DNA of 19,152 bases. Source: Paramicrosporidium saccamoebae KSL3. Taxonomy: Eukaryota; Fungi; Cryptomycota. The stretch is from positions 2,979 to 22,130 of the forward strand of contig MTSL01000085.1 of NCBI GenBank assembly GCA_002794465.1. The letters are read 5' to 3'. The notes beneath the pieces were generated by a model. That model had not been told where the DNA came from. It did not search any database and worked only from the letters and a program-made list of their open reading frames with translations. This document shows, one piece after another, positions 18,025-19,152 of the stretch. Positions within the stretch are counted from its first letter, which is position 1, and every line of letters begins with the position of its first letter. Made by a program: the position numbers and the translations under genes.

Positions 18025-18969
18025 ATGCTGACCCATGCGAGCATGATTTTACTCCGCAAGTCCTGTCCAGTACTTTCCAACCGGAATGTCCTGTCCATTG
18101 GTCCTCATATCATGTCCGCCAGCTTTAATATTCTCCCCGTGAGCACCCACATTCAGTTTACTGGCTTTGCCACTCATACACCGGTGGAACTGAAACAACG
18201 ACAATGGCGCAACAAATTCCGCAGAGTCGGGGCTGTTGGCTTTAAATTAGGAATGCTGTCCCATTTTGATGAATGGGGCCATCGTCATCCAGTCACTGTG
18301 CTCTCCCTCGCCGGCTGTCAGGTGGTGCGCAACTTTCCACTGGGCGACGCATTAATACAAGAAGTGGGTGCAGGCGAGAAGAGCGTCAAGCAGCTGCATC
18401 CCGCGCAAAAAAAACTCTACGAGACGACCATGGTGGAGCCAAAGCTAGCTGTGCGTGGCTTTTCCGTCTCACAGTCTGCATTGTTGCCAGCGGGAACCGC
18501 AATTTATGCGGCTCATTTCCAGCCTGGCCAATATGTGGATGTCCGATCCCGTTCCATAGGAAAGGGCTTTCAAGGGGCCATGGTGCGTTGGGGCTTTAAA
18601 GGTATGCCCGCTTCCCACGGTGTGTCCCTATCCCATCGTCATCTTGGAGCGACAGGTGGAAGAACGGATCCTGGCCGCGTGTTTCCAGGAAAAAAAATGG
18701 CAGGCCGGATGGGCGGGCATTGGGCGACACAAAAGGCTTTGAGGGTGATCAAAGTGGATAATGCCCTTAATTGTCTGTTTGTGAGGGGCAGTGTGGCAGG
18801 ACACAAAGGCACACAGATCCAAGTGTGGGACTCGAAAAAGAATCCCATTTTTACCAAATCTCCCCCACCATACCCAACATTCATCCCGTCTGCCGAGAAT
18901 CCACTGCCGAGGATCATGATGGCGCCTGGAACGGAAAAGGATACTCTTCACATTGAGGCTCTCGAGTAA
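18025..18969 (+). CDS. MRPL3: Mitochondrial large-subunit ribosomal protein uL3
   Basis: RRVGAVGFKLGM...FDEWG...PVTVL, HFQPGQYVDV...IGKGFQGAMVRWGFKG..ASHG.S.SHR..GATG...DPGRVFPGKKMAGRMG. First ATG is 18025 (track start 18022 is GTG). Confidence 0.95.
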   Translation: MLTHASMILLRKSCPVLSNRNVLSIGPHIMSASFNILPVSTHIQFTGFATHTPVELKQRQWRNKFRRVGAVGFKLGMLSHFDEWGHRHPVTVLSLAGCQVVRNFPLGDALIQEVGAGEKSVKQLHPAQKKLYETTMVEPKLAVRGFSVSQSALLPAGTAIYAAHFQPGQYVDVRSRSIGKGFQGAMVRWGFKGMPASHGVSLSHRHLGATGGRTDPGRVFPGKKMAGRMGGHWATQKALRVIKVDNALNCLFVRGSVAGHKGTQIQVWDSKKNPIFTKSPPPYPTFIPSAENPLPRIMMAPGTEKDTLHIEALE

Positions 18970-19152
18970 TAAAGTAGACGGTGGTTACACTCGGGCCTCT
19001 AGTAATGTACTAAGCAGTGGCCATAATAGGTCTTCTAGTTGCCGCGTAGTGGGGATAAATAGTATGGACTGGAAGGGGGTCTGTTTACTGCTAGTCCTAT
19101 AATAGTATGGATACACATCTCACTGTCCTCAAATACCCAGCAAAGCGATCCA

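Noticed and set aside
371-18956. Numerous 60-140-aa overlapping or antisense ORFs in the track
   Set aside because: They are shadows of the identified genes, without independent motifs.
18970-19152. 3' end of a further gene at the window edge
   Set aside because: Several minus-strand frames and a possible intron fit equally well; nothing is identifiable in 180 bp.

Overview
Gene-dense eukaryotic nuclear DNA with no prokaryotic features. Compactness, ~31-nt introns and fungal-type genes for a respiring mitochondrion suggest an early-diverging fungal relative (e.g. Rozellomycota/Cryptomycota such as Paramicrosporidium); this placement is inference only. I reconstruct 13 protein-coding genes: COQ8 (partial), an orphan membrane protein, a Pho85-type cyclin, RCF2, PBP1/Ataxin-2, an RlmN radical-SAM RNA methyltransferase, SGT2, CAB4, CIT1, a full-length TPX2, an NDR/CBK1 kinase, PAB2/PABPN1 and COQ2, plus mitochondrial ribosomal protein uL3 (14 in total). 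They contain 18 hand-spliced introns of 28-36 nt that the ORF track misses. One unannotated gap holds a TATA-driven H/ACA snoRNA whose two pockets match rRNA helix 69 (U19/SNORA74/snR191). The most notable observations are: the micro-intron splicing code; a spliced, alphaproteobacterial-like, probably mitochondrial RlmN with tandem PUF-type elements after its stop codon; a TPX2 with an Aurora-binding N-terminus; the free-standing U19 snoRNA; a degenerate direct repeat flanking the orphan gene; and short tandem duplications recurring just 3' of stop codons. All alignments, counts and folds were done by eye; no searches were run.
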